Shown here: piece after piece, positions 18,420 to 27,882 of the stretch | Position numbering within the stretch: the first letter of the stretch is position 1 | How the letters are laid out: every line of letters begins with the position of its first letter | Source: Minisyncoccota bacterium | Lineage (GTDB): Bacteria; Patescibacteriota; Microgenomatia; UBA1400; UBA12028 | Assembly: GCA_016211945.1 (NCBI GenBank) | Contig: JACRHV010000004.1 | Location: forward strand, 2,649-66,648 | Length of the DNA: 64,000 bases | Direction of reading: 5' to 3' | Position numbers and translations under genes: made by a program | The notes under the pieces: model-generated | Seen by the model: only the letters and a program-made list of their open reading frames with translations | The model's database searches: none | What the model was told of the DNA's origin: nothing

Positions 18420-20249
18420 ATGAAGAAAAATATTCTCTTTCTCTTGTATTGTACTTCATTTTTCCTCTTCTCAATTCCGCGTGAGGTTCAGGCTCAAGTT
18501 ATTTTTGAAGACCAATTTAATCGTCAAGACCTTACAGGATGGAAGACTATACGAAACTTCCAGTGGGGAAATCCCGTCGCCCCTTGTTTGGATGGTGGAC
18601 TGCCGGCATTGTGGCACATTTTTTTAGAAAGACTTGGAATTTCCATAAACGGTCCGGGGTGCTACACAGAGCTCATACCGGAAAATTTTCTTATTCCACT
18701 CGATACTGCGTTTCGCTATGAATTTGATATGACGATGCCAGAGTCAGCGATGATGGATCGAAACTACCTCGTTCAATATGTGGACTCAAACAATTGGTAT
18801 GTCGTAAAAATTCTAGGGAACTCTATTACATCTGGAAAACTTGCACAAGGTCAACCATGGCCAATGGCCGGCACTTCTGGCACCTATCCATTCGAAGCAA
18901 ATCGAACCTATCACATTGTGAATGAAACACTTCCCGATCATAGAAAACGAATTTTAGTGGATGGACAAGTGGTTGTTGATTTTATGGACAACGCCCCCTA
19001 TCTATCAGGGGGAACGGTGGGTGTGGCGGCAAGTGTTGGCGCCATTTCGCACTCCATCACCTGGTTTGACAACGTAAAGGTGTCTATTATTCCAGACCCA
19101 AATACGTTAAACGTTCCATATATGTCTCAACGCGATCCATTGTGGGCTCAAGACGAATATGATCACGCCGCTCAGTGGAAACCAGATAATTTCACGATAG
19201 ATCGGTGGGGATGCGCATTGACCGTGGCAACAATGGTGTTGCGATTTCACGGCATCACAGAACTTCCCAATCAGATGCCCATCACGCCATCTACTCTAAA
19301 TCAGTGGCTTCTTGACCAAAAAGATGGGTACGTTGGAAACGGTCTGCTCAACTGGATCTCGATTTCACGCCTCTCGTATATTTTTCATACAAAACACCCG
19401 GAGATACCAACTCTCGAGTATTCGAAAATGAGTATATCTTTGCCAAAGCTCTTCGATCTTTTTTCACGCCAAACTCCACCGATTTATCAACTACCCGGCC
19501 ATTTTGTTGTCGGCACTGCACCGGAAAAAAATGGATCCTGGCCGATACATGATCCCTTTTTCCAATCACGAACAACAACACCTCTCTCAAATATCCAGTC
19601 TCTTCGTGTATTTACCCCTTCGTTTACCAATCTCAGTTATTTACTTCTTGTCGCACCCCACGATGTTACTGTGCGCGTTCAACATAATGGCGTATTGTAT
19701 GATTCCCAACTCGAAAACTCTGTGTATGACCAAGATTCGCAAGAACCACTTGCTCCTCCCACGCAGATCGTTGAAATCGAAAAACCGGAAAAGGGACTCT
19801 ATACAGTCGAGGTTTCAAAATCTTCTCCAGGTTCTTTTTCTTTCTCGCTTTATTCATACTCAACTCAAGGCGAGGTTTTAGTTGAAAAACAAGAAGGAGA
19901 AATTTTCCACGGAGAGATAAAGAAATACCGGTTCACCTTTGATCAAGAAAATCTGCAAAATAATCTTCATCAATACATCACAATTGACGACCTAGAACAC
20001 ACAGTGCTTTCACTTCGAGAAAAGGACGATATTCAATCTGCATATTCTTTATATAAGCTGACAGATGTACTTCAATACTTACGATTACATCACTCCTCTG
20101 AGTTAATATTTGAGCGTTACATCAATCTATTCAAATACTACGTAATTAAAGAGGGAAGTGGAATAACAGATGGAGGAAAAGCAAAACTGCTTGAACAACT
20201 TTCTTTTGTGGCCCCTGCTGGACTCGGACCAGCGACCTTTCGAATGTGA
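18420..20249 (+). CDS. Secreted multidomain protein: signal peptide, LamG/DUF1080-like jelly-roll domain, C39-like cysteine peptidase domain, C-terminal beta-sandwich
   Basis: Signal peptide MKKNILFLLYCTSFFLFSIPREVQA. Central motif DRWGCALTVATMVLRFHGI resembles the catalytic Cys region of C39-like peptidases. Last 41 nt overlap the antisense tRNA-Val. Confidence 0.5.
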   Translation: MKKNILFLLYCTSFFLFSIPREVQAQVIFEDQFNRQDLTGWKTIRNFQWGNPVAPCLDGGLPALWHIFLERLGISINGPGCYTELIPENFLIPLDTAFRYEFDMTMPESAMMDRNYLVQYVDSNNWYVVKILGNSITSGKLAQGQPWPMAGTSGTYPFEANRTYHIVNETLPDHRKRILVDGQVVVDFMDNAPYLSGGTVGVAASVGAISHSITWFDNVKVSIIPDPNTLNVPYMSQRDPLWAQDEYDHAAQWKPDNFTIDRWGCALTVATMVLRFHGITELPNQMPITPSTLNQWLLDQKDGYVGNGLLNWISISRLSYIFHTKHPEIPTLEYSKMSISLPKLFDLFSRQTPPIYQLPGHFVVGTAPEKNGSWPIHDPFFQSRTTTPLSNIQSLRVFTPSFTNLSYLLLVAPHDVTVRVQHNGVLYDSQLENSVYDQDSQEPLAPPTQIVEIEKPEKGLYTVEVSKSSPGSFSFSLYSYSTQGEVLVEKQEGEIFHGEIKKYRFTFDQENLQNNLHQYITIDDLEHTVLSLREKDDIQSAYSLYKLTDVLQYLRLHHSSELIFERYINLFKYYVIKEGSGITDGGKAKLLEQLSFVAPAGLGPATFRM

Positions 20250-20282
20250 ATCGAACGCTCTAGCCAGCTGAGCTAAGGAGCC
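20209..20282 (-). tRNA. tRNA-Val (anticodon CAC)
   Basis: Reverse complement reads GGCTCCT-TA-GCTC-AGCTGGCTA-GAGC-G-TTCGA-TTCACAT-TCGAA-AGGTC-GCTGG-TCCGAGT-CCAGC-AGGGGCC-A, a complete cloverleaf. Confidence 0.8.
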
Positions 20283-20316
20283 ACTTGCACGTCACCGGAT
20301 ATTTTAGCATAATGCT

Positions 20317-20910
20317 GTGTACGCTATGTTCGGTAATTTCTTTTCTTCCGTCGGCGAATTTTTTTTGGAGATTACCCAAACAGTTGTTGTTGTACTGTCT
20401 ATTTTTCTCATTCTCTATCTCTTTATCATGCAGCCTCATCAAGTCAACGGCCTCTCCATGTATCCAAACTATGAAAATGGCGACTATCTACTTACAGACA
20501 AAGTAAGTTATAAAACTGGCATGCCGCAACGGGGAGATGTTGTCGTTTTCCACGCACCGGAAGCCGCACAATGTCCAACAGGAACGGGCTGTGATTTTAT
20601 TAAGCGCGTCCTTGGACTTCCAGGAGAGTCCGTAGAGGTAAAGGATAATGGCATCTGGATTAACGGACATAAAATAACCGAGCCATACATCCCAGAAGAA
20701 AACTACACACGCCCCGGAGCGTTCACACAAAACAGGGTAATTACACTTGGACGAAACGAGTATTTTGTCTCAGGAGACAATCGTCCACATTCCAGCGACT
20801 CACGCGCATGGGGACCTATTACGCCAAAAGAGATTGTTGGAAAAGCATTTTTTCGGTACTGGCCGCCAAAAAGTTTTGGCATGTTCCCCGTCTATACATA
20901 CGCGTTCTAA
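20317..20910 (+). CDS. lepB: Signal peptidase I
   Basis: Catalytic Ser box GLSMYPN, Lys box GDVVVF, IKRVLGLPGESV and GDNRPHSSDSRAWG. Confidence 0.85.
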   Translation: MYAMFGNFFSSVGEFFLEITQTVVVVLSIFLILYLFIMQPHQVNGLSMYPNYENGDYLLTDKVSYKTGMPQRGDVVVFHAPEAAQCPTGTGCDFIKRVLGLPGESVEVKDNGIWINGHKITEPYIPEENYTRPGAFTQNRVITLGRNEYFVSGDNRPHSSDSRAWGPITPKEIVGKAFFRYWPPKSFGMFPVYTYAF

Positions 20911-20912
20911 TA

Positions 20913-21743
20913 TCACGCTGCGAGCTTGAGGATAATATCAAGTTTTTCTTGTGTTTTTTCCGGATCGCCCTTTAGCGCAATGACGACCTTTGTTTCACGT
21001 TTTGATCGCGTCAACTTCACTTTCGAATGATCTCCAAATACCTTCTGCAGTTTATGCGCCCATTCATCAATCTCTTTACTGACCATGTACGGCCGATGTC
21101 CTGGGTTGGAAGCGAGTGGTTGACCTGATTTTGCTTTCATCCGCCTCGCGAGGTCTTCTGCGCGACGCACAGAACCATTCTCCTTTAAGATAATCTTGTA
21201 GGCCTCTACCATGAGTCGGTCGTCATCGATGCTTGCAAGAGCTCTGGCATGCCCTTCACTGATCATCCCGCCCAACAGTCCGTCTTGAAGCGCAGGCGGC
21301 AGTTTCAACAATCGCATAGAGTTTGAAACATATGACAGAGATTTCCCAATGCGCTCCGCAATTTCTGTAGTCGTTAATGAGTAATCACGTTGCAGTCGTT
21401 CAAATGCTTGTGCGCGATCAAGAGGGTTTAAATCAACGCGCTGCACATTTTCAATGATCGCCATCTCGAGCATTTCAGACGGAGTTGTTTCTTTAATGAT
21501 TGCAGGCACCGTTTCTAATCCTGCGAGCTTTGATGCTCGCCATCTGCGTTCGCCAGCGATAATCTGATATCCGGCGGGGGTATGTGCAATAACGAGTGGC
21601 TCTATGACACCATACCGTTTAATAGAATCAACAAGCTCGGCAAGCTCTTCCGCAATAATCGTCCCTCTTGGTTGAAGCGGGTTCGGCTGCAGATGATCAA
21701 TTAAGATATGTTGGACAGTTTGCGGTTGTATCGCGTTTGACAT
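20913..21743 (-). CDS. parB: ParB/Spo0J chromosome partitioning protein (CTP-binding ParB)
   Basis: GERRWRAS ParB box, HTH region, 276 aa. Confidence 0.85.
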   Translation of the reverse strand: MSNAIQPQTVQHILIDHLQPNPLQPRGTIIAEELAELVDSIKRYGVIEPLVIAHTPAGYQIIAGERRWRASKLAGLETVPAIIKETTPSEMLEMAIIENVQRVDLNPLDRAQAFERLQRDYSLTTTEIAERIGKSLSYVSNSMRLLKLPPALQDGLLGGMISEGHARALASIDDDRLMVEAYKIILKENGSVRRAEDLARRMKAKSGQPLASNPGHRPYMVSKEIDEWAHKLQKVFGDHSKVKLTRSKRETKVVIALKGDPEKTQEKLDIILKLAA

Positions 21744-21755
21744 AGATAGCTCGCG

Positions 21756-22007
21756 TTACTTTTGCAAAACGTTAATAACGGTCTTGCCAAATTTTTTGGT
21801 AAATGTAACGACACCGTCAATAATGGAAAACAAGGTATGATCTCTTCCTACACCGACATTTTTCCCGGCTTTATACACGAGGCCGCGCTGACGAATCAAC
21901 ACCTGACCTACTCCGACTTTTTCGCCGCCAAATTTCTTGACCCCTAGTCGTTTCCCCGGCCTTGGTTGTCCCTGTCGTGTTGTACCACCCGATTTGACGT
22001 GTGCCAT
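21756..22007 (-). CDS. rpmA: 50S ribosomal protein L27
   Basis: [29 protein letters not shown]..., canonical L27. Confidence 0.95.
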   Translation of the reverse strand: MAHVKSGGTTRQGQPRPGKRLGVKKFGGEKVGVGQVLIRQRGLVYKAGKNVGVGRDHTLFSIIDGVVTFTKKFGKTVINVLQK

Positions 22008-22013
22008 AGTCTT

Positions 22014-23177
22014 TTACTCCTTCAGTCTATAAACATACAACGCCCGTTGAACCGATGCGTGTAGTTTTGTGTATAAAAATGGACCCTTTTCACGAGTATA
22101 GCCAAGTGATTCTAGCCTGTCAATGAGTGTCTGTACAGTTTTCACGCTTTTTCCAACAGTGACTTCCGGAAAAGCGATGACAACGCAACCCTTCGGTTTA
22201 AGTATTGTTTTCCATTGTTTAAATGCTCCAATATATAACTTTTCTAGACCTCGAAGCATATTCTGTACGCTGGTTGGTGTTGGATTTGGCTTGCCAAGAA
22301 ATGGCTCTGTCACGATACAGTCCACTTTTTCTTTTGTTTCCTTCAGCGTCACTTGTGTTGCGTCTTGAACACTTAACATATACTCACCTTGAGCATTAAA
22401 TTCCTTACTGAGCCAAGCCAAATTTTCACCTGCACCATGAACAGCATCTGTGTCGAGATCGCTACCAGCAACCTTCATATGCATGAGTAACGCCTCCATC
22501 ATAATGGTTCCAGTCCCGCAAAACGGGTCAAAGAGATACAAATCTTTTGGATCTTGACTACCTGCCGCGAGGTTAATTAGTGTACGTGCCAATTTCGGCG
22601 GAATCATCCCTTTTTTCTTATCTCTATAGGGTTTCTCCATGTCACGTTTACTCCAATGATGCACGTGTTGAACGGCGACTGTTTTTGCCAAAATAGTCTG
22701 CGTTTTTGTGTGAATAAAATGGTATTCAGAAACATCCCCCTCTAAGAGAAGGCCTGCTTCTGCACCCGTACGTGCTACCTCGATAAATCGAGCAGAAACT
22801 CCACGTTTTATCAGTTCCTTTTTCATTGTCTGTGGTGAAACTGCGTCAAGATGGTTTCTGCCGTGTTCGGCAATACAAAATGTTTTGCGCGCCTTGTTTG
22901 TTTTCTCTTCTGCGATCCATGCGCTCGCCAATTCCTCAAGTGTTTCTGTTTTTGCGCTGGGCAGAGTTTCAATATACTGTGCAATTTTTACGACACCGCC
23001 GAGCGTATCCATGAGGGCTTGCGGTTGTGTTGAATCCTGCAGTTCTGCTGAAACCACATCCGGAACTTCATCCGAAACAACCGTGATGGATGTTTCGTCC
23101 TGAAACCGGGAAAGAACAACTTTAAGTTCTTCCAAAGATAACTCTCGTTGTCTTCCAAGAAAAAATAGATATTTCAT
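22014..23177 (-). CDS. THUMP/UPF0020-like SAM-dependent RNA methyltransferase (putative)
   Basis: Motif I LFDPFCGTGTIMMEA; ~150 aa N-terminal domain consistent with THUMP; sits between rplU and rpmA. Confidence 0.55.
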   Translation of the reverse strand: MKYLFFLGRQRELSLEELKVVLSRFQDETSITVVSDEVPDVVSAELQDSTQPQALMDTLGGVVKIAQYIETLPSAKTETLEELASAWIAEEKTNKARKTFCIAEHGRNHLDAVSPQTMKKELIKRGVSARFIEVARTGAEAGLLLEGDVSEYHFIHTKTQTILAKTVAVQHVHHWSKRDMEKPYRDKKKGMIPPKLARTLINLAAGSQDPKDLYLFDPFCGTGTIMMEALLMHMKVAGSDLDTDAVHGAGENLAWLSKEFNAQGEYMLSVQDATQVTLKETKEKVDCIVTEPFLGKPNPTPTSVQNMLRGLEKLYIGAFKQWKTILKPKGCVVIAFPEVTVGKSVKTVQTLIDRLESLGYTREKGPFLYTKLHASVQRALYVYRLKE

Positions 23178-23188
23178 GTCGGTACTTC

Positions 23189-23506
23189 TTACTTTGCGGA
23201 TATTGCGTCGATACGAAGAACCGTCTCGAATTGGCGATGTCCGTGCGTCTTGCGTTCTTTCGATTTCGCCTTATATGTCGCAACTCTAATCTTCTCGCCT
23301 TTACCGTGAGAAAGCACAGTTGCTTTTACTTTTGCACCAGTAACACGTGGAGCTCCAACCTCGATTCTGCCATCATGCACAAAAAGTAAAACATCTTCGA
23401 TTGTAAGCGCAGACTCTGCAGGTTGATCCATTCGATCAACGGTCAACTCCATGCCCTCTTCCACACAAAACTGTTTTCCCTGTAGCTGTATAACTGCGTA
23501 TTTCAT
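23189..23506 (-). CDS. rplU: 50S ribosomal protein L21
   Basis: MKYAVIQLQGKQFCVEEGMEL..., canonical L21. Confidence 0.95.
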   Translation of the reverse strand: MKYAVIQLQGKQFCVEEGMELTVDRMDQPAESALTIEDVLLFVHDGRIEVGAPRVTGAKVKATVLSHGKGEKIRVATYKAKSKERKTHGHRQFETVLRIDAISAK

Positions 23507-23518
23507 TTCGGCATTGTA

Positions 23519-24577
23519 TCAGACAAAACCTCGTATTTCAACCAGATGTCTCGACCGATTTGCCTTGTAGGCACTCGCGAGTAAGCCAAGAGCAAAGAAG
23601 ATCGAAACAATGGAACTTCCACCTAAAGAAAGGAGGGGAAGTGTCACGCCAGCTATGGGGAGCAAGCCGATATTCATACCGATATTCATCATTGTTTGTA
23701 CAGATAACGCTCCAACAATGGTCAGTGCAAGACCTTTTCCTGCTGGATCGTGGATACGAAAAGACAGATGAATGAGTGAAAAAAAGAAAAGGAGATAAAG
23801 AAGAAAAAGAAGTAAAACCCCGACAAATCCCAGTTCCTCGGCATAGGAAGCAAACATGAAGTCTGTTTGCCGTTCTGGAAGAAAACGTAAACTTGATTGT
23901 ACGCCGTGTCCCAACCCTCGGCCAAAGAACTTGCCAGAGCCCACTGCAATGATTGCCTGCTGTGCGTGATATCCTTGCCCCAGTGTGTCACTTGCCGGAG
24001 CCAAAAATGAGAATAATCGCTGTTTTTGATAGTCATGAAACACGAATGTCCAGCCAATGGTCCCAAACAAACTCATCAAAAAAACGAACATACCGAGTGT
24101 TCTTGCGGAAATACCGCATGTATAGAGAGACAAAAATGTGATAACAAGCAAAATAAGTGCCGTGCCTAAGTCCGGCTGAATGAAAACAAGAAAGATTGGC
24201 AATAGTGCGAAAACTAACTGCCAGATTTTCTTCTTCTTTGAGTAAAGAAGTGTACAGAGATATAAGGCTAAGATAGGTTTTGTCGCCTGAGATGGTTGAA
24301 ACTGAGCAGTCCCGACCGCAATCCAACGAGTAGAACCATTTGTAGTTTTACCTAAAGCGAAAGTGAAGACTAATGAAGTACAAACGAGAATAAATAATAA
24401 AATTGACCATTTTTTCCAAAAAGAAAAAGGGAGAGAAGAGGTTATTCCATAGGTAATAAAGCCAAGGGTAAATGCAAAGAACTGAGAAAATACGCCCTGC
24501 GGATAGATACTTTTCAACATGACAAGTGACAGACATGCAAAAAGTAGGGAAAGAAAGGGAAGGACAACCTTCGTCAT
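23519..24577 (-). CDS. rodA: SEDS-family peptidoglycan glycosyltransferase (RodA-like)
   Basis: 10-TM protein with the conserved SEDS C-terminal region (FMFASYAEELGFVGVLLLF...). Called RodA-like because a second SEDS gene in the dcw cluster is the probable FtsW. Confidence 0.75.
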   Translation of the reverse strand: MTKVVLPFLSLLFACLSLVMLKSIYPQGVFSQFFAFTLGFITYGITSSLPFSFWKKWSILLFILVCTSLVFTFALGKTTNGSTRWIAVGTAQFQPSQATKPILALYLCTLLYSKKKKIWQLVFALLPIFLVFIQPDLGTALILLVITFLSLYTCGISARTLGMFVFLMSLFGTIGWTFVFHDYQKQRLFSFLAPASDTLGQGYHAQQAIIAVGSGKFFGRGLGHGVQSSLRFLPERQTDFMFASYAEELGFVGVLLLFLLYLLFFFSLIHLSFRIHDPAGKGLALTIVGALSVQTMMNIGMNIGLLPIAGVTLPLLSLGGSSIVSIFFALGLLASAYKANRSRHLVEIRGFV

Positions 24578-27390
24578 AGTACAATCTTTGGTGTCGCACC
24601 TTGCGTTAAGGTAAGGACGAGTGTCCTCTTTTTAATTTCTCCCTCGTACTGTTTAGGCCATGACGGAAGTTGCACACTAACTTTTTGATCAAACGCGACT
24701 CCCGCTTCTTTTCGCAAATCTTGAATTATACGAATAACCTCGCGCATCTCGCCTTTGGCACGTAGTTCTGGGGTCAAATGTGCATCGAGTACAACCTCAA
24801 TTTTGTCTGCAACACGTAGTGTTGTTTTTTCTACATTAACCTCTGTCTGAAGAAGGTGGAGAAGTTCTTCTTCTACCATCTTTTGAGCAGTGAAACTCAA
24901 TTCTGCGAGCGGCTGACGAACCTTTATGTTTAATACTTTACGAACGGCATGCGCTTTTTCCGCAACCAATCGTACAATCTCCATCTGTTCTTCAAGTTTA
25001 TCATCGAATCTTGACTTATCCACTTCAGGCCATATTTCCAGATGAATAGACTCTTTTTTTCCATGCTTCATGTGCTGATATATCATCTCAGGGAAGAATG
25101 GGGTGATTGGGGCAAAAAGCTTCGCAACTGTCAACAATACCCAACCAAACACCTGACTTACCTCCAGATTTGTCGATTTGTCGCGAACCCTATCTCTACT
25201 TTCGCGTAGATACCACGTAGAGATCTCATTGATAAAGGAAATAAGGACGCGGGAAGCAGCCACAACATCATATGCATCCATGTCATGCGAAACTTCTTCT
25301 ACAATATGCATTGTTCTGGACACGATCCATCGATCCATGACGTGTGTTATTTTCTGTGGCAAATCGGAAGTGTGTGTTTCGTTTGCGTAGAGTTTGTAAA
25401 ACGCAAATACATTCCACCAAATGCCAAATACCTTTTTTCGAAGTTCATTGACAGAATCTTCACTAAAGTTTAAGTTATCCGCCTTCATCACCGATGAACT
25501 CATGAGATACAGACGAAGAGAATCCACACCGTGTTTTTGAATGAGGACCATAGGATCCGGATAATTTTTTTTCGACTTACTCATTTTGGAGCCATCCTCT
25601 GCCAAAATTGTTCCAGTGGTCACCGCATTTTGGAACGAAGGTTTGTTAAACAAGCCAACAGACAATACATGTAGTGTATAAAACCAAGCACGCGTTTGTG
25701 CGATGTATTCGGAAATAAATTGGGCAGGATAACTCGCCTCAAATTTTTCTTTGTTCTCAAATGGATAATGAATCGAGGCATACGGCATAGACCCTGACTC
25801 TACCCAGCAGTCGAAAACATCTGGAATTCGCCTTCCTTTTTCTGTTTTTTCGTCGTCTACCCAAACTTCAAGGTCATCGAGAAACTCACGATGGTAGTCT
25901 TTAAGTTTTTGGACACGAGCAGGATCAACTGCCCATTCTTTCAGTTCTGCATAAGAAGAGAGTATCCGCTTATGTCCTGTTTTCTCTCCCACCCAAACTG
26001 GCATTGGAGTTCCCCAATATCGTGAGCGAGAAATGTTCCAGTCGGGAGCAGTTTCAAGACCCTTGCCAAATCGTCCATGTTTCAGAAAATCGGGGTACCA
26101 ATTGATCGGTTCGTTTTGTTTCACAAGGTCGTTCTTTATCTTTTGAATATTGATAAACCATGCGGGAACAGCGCTGTAATACAACGGTGTAGAACACCTA
26201 TAGCAAAATGGATATGAGTGCGTTGTTTTTTCCGCGACATACATGAGATTACGCTTTGTTAAGTCATCAATCACCCAGTCTTCAGCTTTTTTATAGAATA
26301 CACCTTTGAGCGGCTCAACAAATGATAAAAATCTCCCCTGATCATCCATTGTTGGTACACATGGGAGATCAAGTTTTTGCGCAAGTTTGTAATCATCCTC
26401 ACCGTAGATCGCTGCGGTATGCACAATGCCCGTCCCATCTGTTAAACTCACAAAATCTGCGGAAGCAATATAGTGTGATTTCTTACCTTCTGTCGGCATG
26501 TATGTGTAAAGCGGCTCGTACAATCTACCAACAAGGTTAGAGCCGTGTATTGTTTTCTTTACCACAATAGGCTCTGCTTTAAACACTGTCTTCACCAAGT
26601 CTTTTGCAACCCACAAAAGTTCTTTATTGTGCTCAATCTGCACATATTCAGCCTTTTCATCAACAGCCAACGCAACATTTCCGATCAGTGTCCATGGCGT
26701 TGTAGTCCAGGCAACAAAATACTCGTCTTTATTGTCTGTAGAGCGAAACTTTACATAGACAGAGTTATCCTCGACATCTTTATATGAATTATCCATGGCG
26801 ATCTCGAAGTTTGAAAGTGGCGTTGCACATCGCGGACAGTACAAGATGACTTTTCTTCCTTCATACACGAGTCCCTTTTTGTGAAGTTCTGCAAACGCCC
26901 ACCACACAGACTCCATATATGTGTTATCCATGGTTTTGTATGAGTTCTTAAAATCAACCCACCGCCCCAATCGTTTAATAATGACTTCCCAATCTTTGTC
27001 GAATCGTAAAATCGCAGCACGACAAGCCTGATTAAACTTGTCTATTCCCATCTCTTCTATGCCCTTTTTCCCGCCCTTGAGGGCGAGTTCCTTTTCGATT
27101 ATGTTTTCAATAGGTACACCATGACAATCCCAACCCCACACACGTTCAACTCGATACCCTTTCATAGTCCAGTAGCGTGGAACAACATCCTTGATCGTTG
27201 AAGCCAAGAGATGCCCGTAATGTGGCAGGCCTGTTGCAAACGGTGGGCCATCATAAAAAATATACGGCTTATTATTGGGACGTTGGTCTACTGATTTTCT
27301 AAACACATCGGTCTCATCCCAGTGACGTAGAACCTCTTCTTCAAGTTGAGGAAGGTTGGGTTGGTGTTGAAAATTATCAATTTTTTTCAT
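24574..27390 (-). CDS. ileS: Isoleucyl-tRNA synthetase
   Basis: HIGH-type motif PHYGHLL, KMSKS motif, CP1 editing region, ~940 aa. Start set at MKKIDNF (27390), preceded by an AAGGA-like RBS. Confidence 0.95.
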   Translation of the reverse strand: MKKIDNFQHQPNLPQLEEEVLRHWDETDVFRKSVDQRPNNKPYIFYDGPPFATGLPHYGHLLASTIKDVVPRYWTMKGYRVERVWGWDCHGVPIENIIEKELALKGGKKGIEEMGIDKFNQACRAAILRFDKDWEVIIKRLGRWVDFKNSYKTMDNTYMESVWWAFAELHKKGLVYEGRKVILYCPRCATPLSNFEIAMDNSYKDVEDNSVYVKFRSTDNKDEYFVAWTTTPWTLIGNVALAVDEKAEYVQIEHNKELLWVAKDLVKTVFKAEPIVVKKTIHGSNLVGRLYEPLYTYMPTEGKKSHYIASADFVSLTDGTGIVHTAAIYGEDDYKLAQKLDLPCVPTMDDQGRFLSFVEPLKGVFYKKAEDWVIDDLTKRNLMYVAEKTTHSYPFCYRCSTPLYYSAVPAWFINIQKIKNDLVKQNEPINWYPDFLKHGRFGKGLETAPDWNISRSRYWGTPMPVWVGEKTGHKRILSSYAELKEWAVDPARVQKLKDYHREFLDDLEVWVDDEKTEKGRRIPDVFDCWVESGSMPYASIHYPFENKEKFEASYPAQFISEYIAQTRAWFYTLHVLSVGLFNKPSFQNAVTTGTILAEDGSKMSKSKKNYPDPMVLIQKHGVDSLRLYLMSSSVMKADNLNFSEDSVNELRKKVFGIWWNVFAFYKLYANETHTSDLPQKITHVMDRWIVSRTMHIVEEVSHDMDAYDVVAASRVLISFINEISTWYLRESRDRVRDKSTNLEVSQVFGWVLLTVAKLFAPITPFFPEMIYQHMKHGKKESIHLEIWPEVDKSRFDDKLEEQMEIVRLVAEKAHAVRKVLNIKVRQPLAELSFTAQKMVEEELLHLLQTEVNVEKTTLRVADKIEVVLDAHLTPELRAKGEMREVIRIIQDLRKEAGVAFDQKVSVQLPSWPKQYEGEIKKRTLVLTLTQGATPKIVL

Positions 27391-27600
27391 AATTCCTTTA
27401 TATACAAAAATACCACGTTTCATCCCAAAGGACGATGAACGTGGTTCCACCTTACTTACTTCTCAATCCTGCTGTCTCGGGCTTACCCGGATCGGTCTAG
27501 TCACCACCACTGGCTTTCTTCGATCTGCACTCCGGTGATAGCGGAGTAATGCTAAATAGTTTGTGATATATCATATCATATTATTTGGATGCTGAGCAAA
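27391..27600 (-). promoter_or_regulatory. T-box riboswitch leader of ileS (antiterminator/terminator)
   Basis: On the minus strand: T-box-like sequence AAGUAAGGUGGAACCACG (plus-strand 27441-27458), overlapping the 5' half of a terminator hairpin ACCACGUUCAUC...GAUGAAACGUGGU followed by UAUUUUUGU just upstream of the ileS ATG. An AUC triplet sits in a candidate specifier region. Confidence 0.6.
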
Positions 27601-27880
27601 AAACTGAGGAACAGACATGATGTGATGAACAAGAGTAATATACAGCGTTTTCTCCTCCACTTTTAAAGTGTGCCATATCTACTAAAATAGGCGTTTGGGG
27701 CACGTTACATTTTGCATGGAGTTGTAAAAATAGGTTTGGATTGAGTCCATTGCATTGTTGTAAGCGTGCTGTAATTTCATTACGAGGATATGGACTTTGA
27801 TTGTTGTAATATTCTGCGATCAGTCCTGTCAGAGACATTCGCACAAGCGCTTCAGCCGTTACACTTTCTGTGATTACCAT
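27581..27880 (-). CDS. Questionable small ORF (99 aa) between ftsZ and the ileS leader
   Basis: Starts 3 nt after the ftsZ stop; no motif; its 3' end would overlap the predicted ileS promoter/leader. Confidence 0.25.
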   Translation of the reverse strand: MVITESVTAEALVRMSLTGLIAEYYNNQSPYPRNEITARLQQCNGLNPNLFLQLHAKCNVPQTPILVDMAHFKSGGENAVYYSCSSHHVCSSVFCSASK

Positions 27881-27882
27881 AC

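Noticed and set aside
20260-20442. 60 aa minus-strand ORF
   Set aside because: Overlaps the tRNA-Val gene and the lepB start region; has no RBS or motif.
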